Below are positions 1 through 9,061 of a DNA stretch of 64,000 bases, one piece after another. Below the pieces are notes generated by a model. That model was not told where the DNA came from and did not search any database. It worked only from the letters and a program-made list of their open reading frames with translations. The stretch lies in the IMG/VR virus record IMGVR_UViG_3300042384_000211, positions 64,001-128,000 of that record; one strand, written 5' to 3'. Numbering within the stretch: position 1 is the stretch's first letter; each line of letters starts with the position of its first letter. The DNA is from a virus. The translations under genes and the position numbers were made by a program.

Positions 1-2
1 AT

Positions 3-347
3 AGACATAACGGTGGTAACAAATTTCGTTCCCCAATATCTCACACTGATAAAACTAAACAATTAATTTCTAAAAAAACTAAAGGAAGAAAATTCAGTGA
101 TGACCATCGCAAAAAAATTAGCGAGGCATCGTTAACAGACAGAAAACATCGTAAACAAGCAGGATGGAAAATGCCACTAACTGCTGTAGACAACATGTTG
201 CTGACTCGTCAACGGAAAATAGATTCTGGTGAAATCAATCCATATTCCACAGAAAGAAATGCTAAAATGGCCCTTTCAAAAACAGGAAAAAAACGTAAAT
301 ATTTGCCCGATGGAACATTTATTATGATAGATCCTAATAACTTATGA
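3..347 (+). CDS. Homing endonuclease, C-terminal part with NUMOD3-like repeats (5' truncated by window)
   Basis: Own translation, frame 3: RHNGGNKFRSPISHTDKTKQLISKKTKGRKFSDDHRKKISEAS...IDPNNL*, TGA at 345-347. Not in the ORF track. Confidence 0.75.
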   Translation, partial: RHNGGNKFRSPISHTDKTKQLISKKTKGRKFSDDHRKKISEASLTDRKHRKQAGWKMPLTAVDNMLLTRQRKIDSGEINPYSTERNAKMALSKTGKKRKYLPDGTFIMIDPNNL

Positions 348-626
348 TGACCAATAAGTTTCTGATGCTACTGAACAGTAGTAAGGAGTGTTAACACTTT
401 GACGAACAGGTTTACCCGACATCAAATTAGTAACATTTTCATACTTTTCAATATTGGCACGGAAGTCACTAATTTCTGCTACAGCAAAATCTTCTTTACG
501 ATAGCCCATTTTGGCCATACGTGTTAAGAACGCTTTAGCGGCGGCTTCTGTAGCATAGTATTCTTTACCGTATGCTTTAGCTCGTATTGTTTTAGTTGTT
601 TCTTTGTTGTAGACTACGTATGCCAT
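342..626 (-). CDS. Hypothetical early phage protein
   Basis: 94-aa ORF with AAGGAAG SD, directly downstream of a consensus sigma70 promoter. Confidence 0.7.
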   Translation of the reverse strand: MAYVVYNKETTKTIRAKAYGKEYYATEAAAKAFLTRMAKMGYRKEDFAVAEISDFRANIEKYENVTNLMSGKPVRQSVNTPYYCSVASETYWSS

Positions 627-658
627 TTGTTCTTCCTTATTAACAGTTTATGTATAGC

Positions 659-687
659 ATTATACAGTCATTTTACCAAAATGTCAA
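659..687 (-). promoter_or_regulatory. Sigma70-type early promoter TTGACA-N17-TATAAT (repeat copy 1)
   Basis: Minus strand reads TTGACAttttggtaaaatgactgTATAAT. Confidence 0.9.
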
Positions 688-917
688 CCAAAATATTTCC
701 AAAGTAGGCCAGCAAGTGCTGTGGCCATCATAATACCATTAACCACAATCAAGCTAGCTTTGCCCCAACGTATGCTGACTATTAACCAGCATAGACCACC
801 AAAACATAGTAGGATCGGACCTTGTGGGTAGTAGCCTAGGCTATTGACGGCAGTGCCTAGAATTAGAATAGCAGTACCAATCCATTCTAGCCACTTATTA
901 ATGCTGTCATTTTCCAT
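684..917 (-). CDS. Small multi-TM membrane protein
   Basis: Three hydrophobic segments in 77 aa. Confidence 0.65.
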   Translation of the reverse strand: MENDSINKWLEWIGTAILILGTAVNSLGYYPQGPILLCFGGLCWLIVSIRWGKASLIVVNGIMMATALAGLLWKYFG

Positions 918-1135
918 TAGGCCAATGCCCCGTCTTCAACAAATTCCAATTCCATTAATGCTTCCTCTACTGAGTCAAACCCACAGACATCATAGCACGT
1001 GCGATAGTGTTTAACATAGTAGGGGCCTGCACCCGGACTTGCATTTGTATCGATACCAACTTCACCAATACCTTTAATTTGTTTAATCATTTTATCCATG
1101 CTATTCTCCTTACCAAGAACTATTATAAAATACAC
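917..1135 (-). CDS. Hypothetical protein (true start probably MDKMIKQ, near 1099)
   Basis: ORF track; AAGGAG SD before the internal Met. Confidence 0.55.
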   Translation of the reverse strand: MYFIIVLGKENSMDKMIKQIKGIGEVGIDTNASPGAGPYYVKHYRTCYDVCGFDSVEEALMELEFVEDGALA

Positions 1136-1538
1136 GTAAGCCTAAGAACAACTGACTACGTGCTTCTCGAATAAACTTCAAGTCATCTTCACGATAGTAA
1201 TCATCTGCAGGATCACCAAAGAAGAACCCACTGGTACCTGGTAGAGCACCATGCTCAATGTCCTCTTCTAACATGTCAATATCTTCCCAGGTCAGTTCAA
1301 GCTCGATACCATTGAACGTTTCGTCGTCGTTGTTATCGCGCGGGCACCCCTTGCTCTGCCAAAGTTCTTCCATCCAACCATGCAAGTTGGGGTGTTTGCG
1401 CCAATAGGCAATTTCAATTGGTTTGGTTACTTTGGCGTTAACGTAGTCACCAGTTTCTGGATCAAAGTCGCCGTCGGCCCAAAACTCTTTTTGTTGCCCT
1501 TCTCTGGCGGCAACGTAAGCATACATGTCTAAGCCCAT
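1110..1538 (-). CDS. Conserved hypothetical phage protein (MGLDMY...YWRKHPNLHGWM family)
   Basis: Motifs typical of a widespread phage family; stop/start coupled to the upstream gene. Confidence 0.7.
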   Translation of the reverse strand: MGLDMYAYVAAREGQQKEFWADGDFDPETGDYVNAKVTKPIEIAYWRKHPNLHGWMEELWQSKGCPRDNNDDETFNGIELELTWEDIDMLEEDIEHGALPGTSGFFFGDPADDYYREDDLKFIREARSQLFLGLRVFYNSSW

Positions 1539-1819
1539 TAAGCGGCCTTCCTTTCGTCTTTCATCATGTTAAACATAATGTACTTGGCAACGTTCATATA
1601 TTGACGAGCACGGTTAGCAGTTTCTGGACTTACCCATCCATCTTTATTAAACTCTGGGTCCATGATCTGTTGTGCATCACTTAACATACCAGCAGCAAAC
1701 ATCAACTCTGTACCTGGAAAAGCCTGTGTAGCCACAAGGTGTTTAACAGAACCTTCCGTCATACCGTATGCTTGTATTTCCCAATCTAAATCAGCTTGTG
1801 TTTTAATTGTAGTTGTCAT
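1538..1819 (-). CDS. Hypothetical early protein
   Basis: ORF with GGAG SD behind promoter copy 2. Confidence 0.7.
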   Translation of the reverse strand: MTTTIKTQADLDWEIQAYGMTEGSVKHLVATQAFPGTELMFAAGMLSDAQQIMDPEFNKDGWVSPETANRARQYMNVAKYIMFNMMKDERKAA

Positions 1820-1842
1820 ATTTTGCTCCGTGTTGTTAGTTT

Positions 1843-2988
1843 ATGTGTAACATTATACAGTCATTTAACCAAAATGTCAACCAAAATTTTTTAATAAATA
1901 CTGTTATGAATAATTCAATACACGTATATGCTGATACTGATGTTGCCGAGTGGCACGTTAATACACTTAATCATAGTCAGATTATAGTTTATAGAGATCT
2001 GGAAGAATTTAAACTAGTATCTGTTGCTGAAAAGAAACATGCAGTATTTCATGCATGTTTTCCTTACTATTCTGACGCTGAAAATGCTATAGATAGAGTA
2101 ATATTAGAATTATTAGATCACTGTATAACGATAACAGTCTTAGTGTTAGAAGTACATACTCCTATTGTTGATTTTATGAATAGATTTCAGCAACCACAGA
2201 TGCGATATATTGTTTGCGGATCAGTTGAAGGAATAGTGACATATCCGTGGATGGGCTGGTTTGCTACTACTAGCACGTTTTATAAGACCAGTAATGTTCT
2301 AGATCGATTGACCCCATATGAACCAAAACCTAAATATTTTGATATACTATTAGGTCAGCCAAAACCACATAGAGATAGAGTATATCATTATATAAAAAAT
2401 AATAATTTAGATAGTCAAGTAACAATGACCTATTTATTAGACCATTGGACTAAATCGATTAAGGCACACGGAGATGATGGGTTCATACTTGACGAGCCCG
2501 GATTAGTTGCGCCCAACGAAGAGTTTAATTGGACTGTTACTACAGTGAACTATTATGGTCAGCCTATGAGCCTAAGTCAGGTTGTACCTATTCAAATTTA
2601 TAATGAAACTGCTTATACTGTAATTGCTGAAACTAATTTAGAAAATCATTATACATTTTTTACTGAAAAAACATGTAAGCCTATACTAGCAGAACGTTTG
2701 TTTATTATGCTAGGTGGGCAATATTATCTACGTAACTTGCGCAGTCTAGGATTTCAAACGTTTGATGGGATCATCGACGAAAGTTATGATCTGGAACCAG
2801 ACGGCAATCAACGTTGGGCTATGGCCATAGAACAAATGAAGTATCTATTCAAACAACCGCAGGCTGATATATTGGCCAAAGTTAAACCTATTACAGAACA
2901 TAACAGACGAGTGATATTAGAAACCGATTGGATGGGCATGTTAGGAGACTCTCTTAGAAATTTTATCACCAGCAACAACCGGCCTTAA
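1843..2988 (+). CDS. Glycosyltransferase-like protein (GT10/exostosin-like C-terminal domain); start probably 1906
   Basis: ET..N...FFTEKTCKPI...LRSLGFQTFDGIIDESYD motif, shared with 9062 and 60320; TAAATA just before ATG 1906. Confidence 0.55.
   Translation: MCNIIQSFNQNVNQNFLINTVMNNSIHVYADTDVAEWHVNTLNHSQIIVYRDLEEFKLVSVAEKKHAVFHACFPYYSDAENAIDRVILELLDHCITITVLVLEVHTPIVDFMNRFQQPQMRYIVCGSVEGIVTYPWMGWFATTSTFYKTSNVLDRLTPYEPKPKYFDILLGQPKPHRDRVYHYIKNNNLDSQVTMTYLLDHWTKSIKAHGDDGFILDEPGLVAPNEEFNWTVTTVNYYGQPMSLSQVVPIQIYNETAYTVIAETNLENHYTFFTEKTCKPILAERLFIMLGGQYYLRNLRSLGFQTFDGIIDESYDLEPDGNQRWAMAIEQMKYLFKQPQADILAKVKPITEHNRRVILETDWMGMLGDSLRNFITSNNRP
1852..1880 (-). promoter_or_regulatory. Sigma70-type early promoter (repeat copy 2)
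   Basis: TTGACAttttggttaaatgactgTATAAT. Confidence 0.9.
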
Positions 2989-3011
2989 ATACAGTACAAG
3001 GAGATTTATCA

Positions 3012-3251
3012 ATGATTAAATTTATCAAAAACTTATTTGGCTTTGGATCTGCAGATGCCTACACGCCAAAAGAAACAGTTAGGGAAGCTACGTCACCTAA
3101 GCCGGCTAATAAAAAACGTCGCCCATATCGTGGCAACAAAGTTAAACCAGCATTAGTCACCGAAGGTAAAACTAAAGGTAGTAACAATACAGTTAAACCA
3201 GCACAGGTTGCCAAAGTAAAATCACAAACGCCAGCACCTAAAAAGAAATAG
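3012..3251 (+). CDS. Small basic Lys/Pro-rich protein
   Basis: AAGGAG SD, TAAATA upstream, terminator downstream. Confidence 0.65.
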   Translation: MIKFIKNLFGFGSADAYTPKETVREATSPKPANKKRRPYRGNKVKPALVTEGKTKGSNNTVKPAQVAKVKSQTPAPKKK

Positions 3252-3263
3252 TATTAGCTCAAC

Positions 3264-3289
3264 AAAAAGCACCTTGCGGTGCTTTTTTT
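3264..3289. terminator. Bidirectional intrinsic terminator
   Basis: AAAAAGCACC-TTGC-GGTGCTTTTT between convergent genes. Confidence 0.85.
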
Positions 3290-3518
3290 ACGATGTTAAT
3301 TTGTACCAAATGAACTCTTCATCAGTCATATATTGATTTAATACCACTGGATCTTCTCCAGCTGGTCCGTGGATAAATCTAACGCCGTGATAATATTTCT
3401 TCCACCAAACGCTTACACCACTATCCATCTTAGCAGGCAACCAAGCAAACTTTGTTACCCATTGCCAATTGCTGTCCCACATACTTCCCCAATAATCAGT
3501 GTACCCTGTACCCATCAT
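3288..3518 (-). CDS. Hypothetical Trp-rich protein
   Basis: ATGA overlap with the uvsE stop. Confidence 0.6.
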   Translation of the reverse strand: MMGTGYTDYWGSMWDSNWQWVTKFAWLPAKMDSGVSVWWKKYYHGVRFIHGPAGEDPVVLNQYMTDEEFIWYKLTS

Positions 3519-4552
3519 AATATTCCTAAATCAATTGCACGTTGATGTAAACTAAAACTTGCTAGATTTTTACCCTTGCTCTCGCACATGATATCTGCCC
3601 ATGCTAGATGTTCCAATGCCCAGTCGTTAACTGCAGTGTTCCAATAGAAGTCACTGTGTGCTCGCAGTTTGCTTTTCTTGTAGCCCTGTTCTAATAATAA
3701 ATTATAATCAGGTTTTACCTCAACATCATGATCAACGAGATAATCTTCACGACTAATGCTATAATGTACAACAGGACGGACGCCACGCCAAGCATCCAGA
3801 ATGCGTTGGATACGCGAGTCCGTAGCGTTGATATATTCCCCCTCACGAACAAAATGGTGATGGACATCGAGCACAATAGGAATACCATGATCGCTAAGAA
3901 CAAGACAGTCGTCCAGGCCATGCTTCATTTCCTCATTTTCGATAGTTAAGGTATTTCGTGCTTCGACACTTAGTCGGGGGTATACATCGCGTATGCCCTG
4001 TGCGCCACGTCGACCTGCGATGTGTACGTTGCATTTAAAGTCTTGGAATCGTTGACCATAGCCCATCCAACGGATCATGTCCGCATGGTACTCAAATTCT
4101 TCTATACTTCTGTGAACAATGTCGTCATTATCACTTGCAAGTACTGTGAATTGACCAGGGTGAAAAGATAAGCGCACATCAAGCCTACGAGCAAGCTCAC
4201 CCACCTTACCCAGGGCCTGCTCGCAATAACTAATGACATCAGGCTTGCGCCAAAAATAACTCCAATCAGACTGAGTGTATACTGGTAATATATCAGAGCT
4301 GATACGAACCATCCTAAGGTTGCCATTTAATGTTCCAATTCGTTCTATTAACTTACGTGTTGATTCTATGTTACCTACCATTAGGTCCCATAGTTTTTCT
4401 TCGGCAACTTCCTTAGTTTGGCGGTTAAGCCATGCTACTGTTGTACTGCCAGTGTTATACTGTTTAGCATCATCTGTGGGTTTAATACCAAGAACCTGAT
4501 CTGGGCTATCGATCCACTTGCAGGCAAAGCCAATGCGTTTTGTAGTATTCAT
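3515..4552 (-). CDS. uvsE: UV-damage endonuclease
   Basis: RIGFACK, RISSDILP, RLSFHPGQF, IENEE, LDVHHH, RAHSD, MCESKGK motifs. Confidence 0.92.
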   Translation of the reverse strand: MNTTKRIGFACKWIDSPDQVLGIKPTDDAKQYNTGSTTVAWLNRQTKEVAEEKLWDLMVGNIESTRKLIERIGTLNGNLRMVRISSDILPVYTQSDWSYFWRKPDVISYCEQALGKVGELARRLDVRLSFHPGQFTVLASDNDDIVHRSIEEFEYHADMIRWMGYGQRFQDFKCNVHIAGRRGAQGIRDVYPRLSVEARNTLTIENEEMKHGLDDCLVLSDHGIPIVLDVHHHFVREGEYINATDSRIQRILDAWRGVRPVVHYSISREDYLVDHDVEVKPDYNLLLEQGYKKSKLRAHSDFYWNTAVNDWALEHLAWADIMCESKGKNLASFSLHQRAIDLGIL

Positions 4553-4558
4553 AAAGCT

Positions 4559-4587
4559 ATTATACTACCAAACTATTATTTTGTCAA
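4559..4587 (-). promoter_or_regulatory. Sigma70 promoter for uvsE, probably giving a leaderless mRNA
   Basis: TTGACAaaataatagtttggtagTATAAT, 6 nt before the ATG. Confidence 0.8.
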
Positions 4588-4591
4588 GTGA

Positions 4592-5641
4592 TTATTCTAT
4601 AATACCAAACTTGGCCCAGCGATGTCCGCCTAGGCAAACCCATCCTATAGGTGATCCAACGTCGGGAAACTCATTCCATGCTATTTGACCACGGACTCCT
4701 TCGATATTAGGAACTTTCTTAACTGAACTCATCAACGTTTCGCCAACGGTTATACTATTAACTCTAACACCACCGTCGACATCACACACAATATTATCTT
4801 TGCTGTTTACTCCAATTACCAGTTCTTGCCTACGAGGTAATCCTATATATCCACGATCCCGTCCTCTCTTGTTAGCAACAATTTCAACTTCTTCATCCCA
4901 AACTGCCAGCGCAGCACTAGGGTCTAAAGTGTTAACTCCCACACGTCCTTTGGTTACATACAATGTTTCACTGAGTAGATTTTCGCCGGAGGATTGAAAA
5001 TCACGAACAACGCCTAATTTTTGAATATTAGTATCAACGATATGATAGCCAAGTTGATTGCCCTTGACTACTTCTTTGCCGCCTTGCGTAATTTTATCTA
5101 GATCAAGTCCTTCTGTTTGTATGCGGCTGAAGACAGTATCTGTAAATCCTTGGAAGAATTCTGTATTAAGATTATCGCGTACAGTTTTTTCTGTAGTTAT
5201 AACTAATTTTTTAAAAGCAGGTGAATCAGAGGGAATATCACCGTTGATTATTAAATCCCCTTCAACAACTAATTTTCCTTTGATAGTGGCTTCAGGTGCC
5301 CAAAGTGCCCCTTCAAATGCAGTAGCATGATCCATAATGGTCATTTGGACACTTGTGGCAAGATCTTCTATGCCGGTGCTGCCAAACTTTTCAATTATGC
5401 CGCCACTAACTTGATCTCCAGTAAGTTTTAGCCCGCTAAAATTTATGCTAGAATGCAGAATGCTGCGTTCTGGAAATGACTGCAGTTGGATTAGGCTATT
5501 TACCTTAGATTCAACTATCTTATCAATAAGAGGTTTAATTTCAAGTTGACTTAATTGGCGCTGTAAACTTTGTTCTAAATCTGCTTTGAGCGATTCCAAT
5601 AATGCAGCCACGATTGGCTGCAGTTGTTGATTGATATCCAT
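4592..5641 (-). CDS. Hypothetical, probably virion-associated protein (coiled-coil N-term, tail-fibre-like C-term)
   Basis: GRVGVNT and GQIAWN..P..GSPIGWVC.G...W.KFG motifs seen in fibre proteins. Confidence 0.5.
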   Translation of the reverse strand: MDINQQLQPIVAALLESLKADLEQSLQRQLSQLEIKPLIDKIVESKVNSLIQLQSFPERSILHSSINFSGLKLTGDQVSGGIIEKFGSTGIEDLATSVQMTIMDHATAFEGALWAPEATIKGKLVVEGDLIINGDIPSDSPAFKKLVITTEKTVRDNLNTEFFQGFTDTVFSRIQTEGLDLDKITQGGKEVVKGNQLGYHIVDTNIQKLGVVRDFQSSGENLLSETLYVTKGRVGVNTLDPSAALAVWDEEVEIVANKRGRDRGYIGLPRRQELVIGVNSKDNIVCDVDGGVRVNSITVGETLMSSVKKVPNIEGVRGQIAWNEFPDVGSPIGWVCLGGHRWAKFGIIE

Positions 5642-5659
5642 ATTATTCTCGAGTGTAAA

Positions 5660-6391
5660 TTAAAAACTAATTGATATTACATGCTCATAATTTTTTCTAA
5701 TGAGACTTTTATACATTAAATTCTTGTGTACTAAAAAATTCTTAGCACCTGCGTCTATGCTAAATTTAGCCATTTGTTTAAAAAACATAGCGCGACGATT
5801 AAACGGGCCGTACATTTTACTAACATTTCCCTGCAGTTCGTAGACTATGGTAGTCCATGCATTTCTGTCATTATAATCATAGTTATGATATTCTAAGAAT
5901 ATCTTATGTTCATTGTGATTGTGTACTACCAACGGTTGACTGAATTCTCGATCTTTGAAATCTTGATTCTTATAATCGCGTAAGGTTGTAACAATAAGAT
6001 CTTTAGCTAAACTTGCTAATAATTCTATAGATTGACGCTGTTCATCTTCAGTTTTAGCAAAGGTAAAATATTCATCACCAGCAACTACCCAACTAAATTG
6101 TTTTTTGTATTGTGCCAAGTCTGCAAAATTTATCAAAGTATATTTGATACCTTGTTTATTAAGATATTCTTTAGTTTCTTCGTTCACTTCTGTAACAAAT
6201 ATTTGTTTGTTCGTAACGCCTAGGATTAATCCACTAAAGCCCACAAATAGAATACTGTTGGAATCGATGTTATAGTGTTGAGATATAGAGCTAATAATTT
6301 CTTGCTTTTTCGCTATAATATCTTGTCGCTTTGGATTGAAATCTAACGCATTAACTGATATATTTGTATAAGTTTCATAACTGTAAGGCAT
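5660..6391 (-). CDS. SAM-methyltransferase-fold-like protein (possibly degenerate)
   Basis: SILFVGFSG in place of motif I; fold pattern only. Confidence 0.4.
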   Translation of the reverse strand: MPYSYETYTNISVNALDFNPKRQDIIAKKQEIISSISQHYNIDSNSILFVGFSGLILGVTNKQIFVTEVNEETKEYLNKQGIKYTLINFADLAQYKKQFSWVVAGDEYFTFAKTEDEQRQSIELLASLAKDLIVTTLRDYKNQDFKDREFSQPLVVHNHNEHKIFLEYHNYDYNDRNAWTTIVYELQGNVSKMYGPFNRRAMFFKQMAKFSIDAGAKNFLVHKNLMYKSLIRKNYEHVISISF

Positions 6392-6422
6392 ATTATTTCC
6401 ATGTGTTACAGATATTTAGCTG

Positions 6423-7337
6423 TTATTCTCTAATTAAGTCTAAGGTAACACAGTGGAATCCACCGCCAAGTGTTCTAGCATGGCGCATCTGTAAGGGTAT
6501 GGTAGTAAATCCTGCACGCTCTAAATCTTCAATGAGTTTATACTGTTGTCGATCAACAATAACTGTATTAGGATCTACACTTAACATATTCATTCCAATC
6601 CATTTGCTAGCGTAAGGATATTGATAAAAGTCTTGAGCTTCTACATCAGCAACCCATAGCTTAGTCCAACCATCAAATGCACGTGGGCAATTTTGAGGTG
6701 TTACTCTGCTGGCATTTAATGCCACAAAGCCTTCTCGTAAAGGAGTAATAGTGCTGTCAATGTGTACTCCGCTGTAGAAATTGCAGGTCTCAATAGTAAT
6801 GTCTGGTAGTTGCTGTTGTAGCCAATCGGCCGCTGGTTGATTACCACTGTCGCTTAACAAGTACAGCCAAGTGCGGCCTAATCGTGACACATTAGCCGCA
6901 TCCATAACCATGCCCTGCCCGCGTGGCATATGATGTACACTGCCAGCATAGTCTAAGACAAAATCTAATGCTTCAATTTCTTGATCTCTACAAGGATACA
7001 TCATTGCAGGATCAATGACACGGTCACCTGCTATTAGTAATCTATCACGAGGGCAATAGTTATACATACCTTTGCGAGCTACAAAATCTAAGTCATGCGG
7101 GCGATATACAGTTATACCTAGTTTAGTTAATACATCAGCTAGATCCTGTAGATCCTCGTTGGCTTCATCTATGATATGTTGGGGGACTGCACCACTAGGT
7201 ACAGGAGTTTCCTTCCATAGAGTTTTTTCTCCCTCTTTGGCAAACACTGGATCATTTGAGGGCCAGTTAGCATTAGTAGCTGAACCAACTACTACGCTTT
7301 TTAATTTGCCCCATTCGTTATTACTGTTTATTTTCAT
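6423..7337 (-). CDS. Amidinotransferase (glycine/inosamine-phosphate type)
   Basis: NEWGKLKSVVVG, CPRD, MDAAN, HIDST, GGGFHCVTLD (Asp-His-Cys triad). Confidence 0.9.
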   Translation of the reverse strand: MKINSNNEWGKLKSVVVGSATNANWPSNDPVFAKEGEKTLWKETPVPSGAVPQHIIDEANEDLQDLADVLTKLGITVYRPHDLDFVARKGMYNYCPRDRLLIAGDRVIDPAMMYPCRDQEIEALDFVLDYAGSVHHMPRGQGMVMDAANVSRLGRTWLYLLSDSGNQPAADWLQQQLPDITIETCNFYSGVHIDSTITPLREGFVALNASRVTPQNCPRAFDGWTKLWVADVEAQDFYQYPYASKWIGMNMLSVDPNTVIVDRQQYKLIEDLERAGFTTIPLQMRHARTLGGGFHCVTLDLIRE

Positions 7338-7876
7338 ACGTGTCCTGTAACTTGTAGTGTATATCTTGGCGTTAATCCTAAATTGGCTGCCATGTGTGGT
7401 GTATCATAAGGCCAGATAACACAAAATCCTCGAGGCCACTCTACTACAGGGTTACCATCTAATTCTAAGTAGTGTCCACTAGCCCAGGGTTCTAAAAATA
7501 CAACGGCTCTACGAATTGCATGCTCTTGCTCCTGCAGATTGTATACTTCAACATATCTTTTGTAGGTGTCTTGATGAGTGGGCAATACAGTGCCAGTGTC
7601 CATACGATAGTAGCTGGTGCCGATGTCTTTCCATCCTAACGTGATAAAATGTTCTACAAACTTGTGATTCCAACTGGGTTGCTGTTTACGCATATCGCAC
7701 ATAGCACCAGTAAACTTAGGACTGTATCCCTGGGCTAGCCACTGTCGAGTATCGTCAGTATTGTTAAATGGTTCTTGAACGTAGTCTAGCTGTTTATATT
7801 CATCGTCCCAAAACGGATTAATTATCATGTAATCGGGTGTTTCCGTAATGTATAACTTTATAGTTAGAGTTTTCAA
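7334..7876 (-). CDS. Cupin/2OG-Fe(II) oxygenase-like protein (start probably 7828)
   Basis: PTHQD...PHMAAN...RYTLQVTG: HxD..H triad plus R. Confidence 0.7.
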   Translation of the reverse strand: MKTLTIKLYITETPDYMIINPFWDDEYKQLDYVQEPFNNTDDTRQWLAQGYSPKFTGAMCDMRKQQPSWNHKFVEHFITLGWKDIGTSYYRMDTGTVLPTHQDTYKRYVEVYNLQEQEHAIRRAVVFLEPWASGHYLELDGNPVVEWPRGFCVIWPYDTPHMAANLGLTPRYTLQVTGHV

Positions 7877-9059
7877 ATTTACGCCAAGGATCTAAGATCA
7901 CACTCTGCGGGCCCGGCACAAAATATAATTGTTGCACTGTCTGCTCACCTGTGTATCCATAAGTAATTTGTCTGTTATGTGCTAGCAATACTACTGCATC
8001 AGTACCATCATAAATTAAATCTCCTGTTAACGGATCGCTGTAGCTGAACTCTGCACCTAATTCTTTAAGGTAATGTCCGATTAGCAAACTGTAACTACCA
8101 TCTAGATAATCCACGTCGGGCTTGTAGGCTTTTCCGTGTATAACAATCGGCAGACTATGTTCATTACTCAGATTTTTAAGGTACACAGCAAGATTCTCTG
8201 CTTGCTTTTCACGAGCGTGCATGACTGTGTCAAATATGTCGTAGCCCAAATCTAAATTCTCAGCTAGCCAACGCAGGGCAATGTTGTCACGTGGATGGCA
8301 AGGTCCTGCATCACCCATGCCTGCTGTTAGGTACTTTTTACTGACAATACGCATAGTTGCATTTGATAGTGCATCTGTAACAACATCAACATTAATGTTA
8401 CCACTTTTTACTGCAACATCTTGTATCATGTTTACCAGTCCGACTTTGGTACTGATAAATGTATTGTAGAAAATTTTGATAGCTTCTGCTTCGTCCCAAG
8501 TGCCAATAGCGTAGCGCGGATCGTTTTCCATAAGGGGTGCGTAGAAGTCACGCAATAACTGTGCATCACCAGTTAGACTACCATCTTCAGTGCCGACAAT
8601 AATCATTTCTGGGTTGACCATATCCCATTCAACACTGCCCATGGCGATAAGATATGGATTGTAGATAAAACGTGCATTGGTAATATGTTGGCGTAGGTCA
8701 CGACGTGTTGTGCCAGGAAGCACTGTACTAATTAACACCACAAGCTGATCCGGTGTAGCATATTGGTTGATATCTGCCAGCACTTGACGTACGATAGTGT
8801 AATCGAAATCTTTATTAGGCAAATGTGTAATTGGTTGTGACCCATCATAAATTGGGTCGTGCGGTGTTTGTACTGCTACAAACACAATATCTTTGTTTCG
8901 AACTGCTGATTCTAGCGTATCAGATATTGTGATCTTATCACTGACTCGTGGGTAAATATCATAGCCAGTAACGTCATAGTGAGTAGACATTACTTCTGCG
9001 CAGGCTAGCCCGAGTTTACCGATTCCGATGAATCCTACTTTTTTTAATTGAGACGACAT
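7818..9059 (-). CDS. ugd: UDP-glucose/GDP-mannose dehydrogenase family
   Basis: GIGKLG, AVQTP, ISTVLPGT, EAIKIFYNTF, GPCHPRD, GKAYKPDV. Confidence 0.88.
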   Translation of the reverse strand: MSSQLKKVGFIGIGKLGLACAEVMSTHYDVTGYDIYPRVSDKITISDTLESAVRNKDIVFVAVQTPHDPIYDGSQPITHLPNKDFDYTIVRQVLADINQYATPDQLVVLISTVLPGTTRRDLRQHITNARFIYNPYLIAMGSVEWDMVNPEMIIVGTEDGSLTGDAQLLRDFYAPLMENDPRYAIGTWDEAEAIKIFYNTFISTKVGLVNMIQDVAVKSGNINVDVVTDALSNATMRIVSKKYLTAGMGDAGPCHPRDNIALRWLAENLDLGYDIFDTVMHAREKQAENLAVYLKNLSNEHSLPIVIHGKAYKPDVDYLDGSYSLLIGHYLKELGAEFSYSDPLTGDLIYDGTDAVVLLAHNRQITYGYTGEQTVQQLYFVPGPQSVILDPWRKFENSNYKVIHYGNTRLHDN

Positions 9060-9061
9060 TA

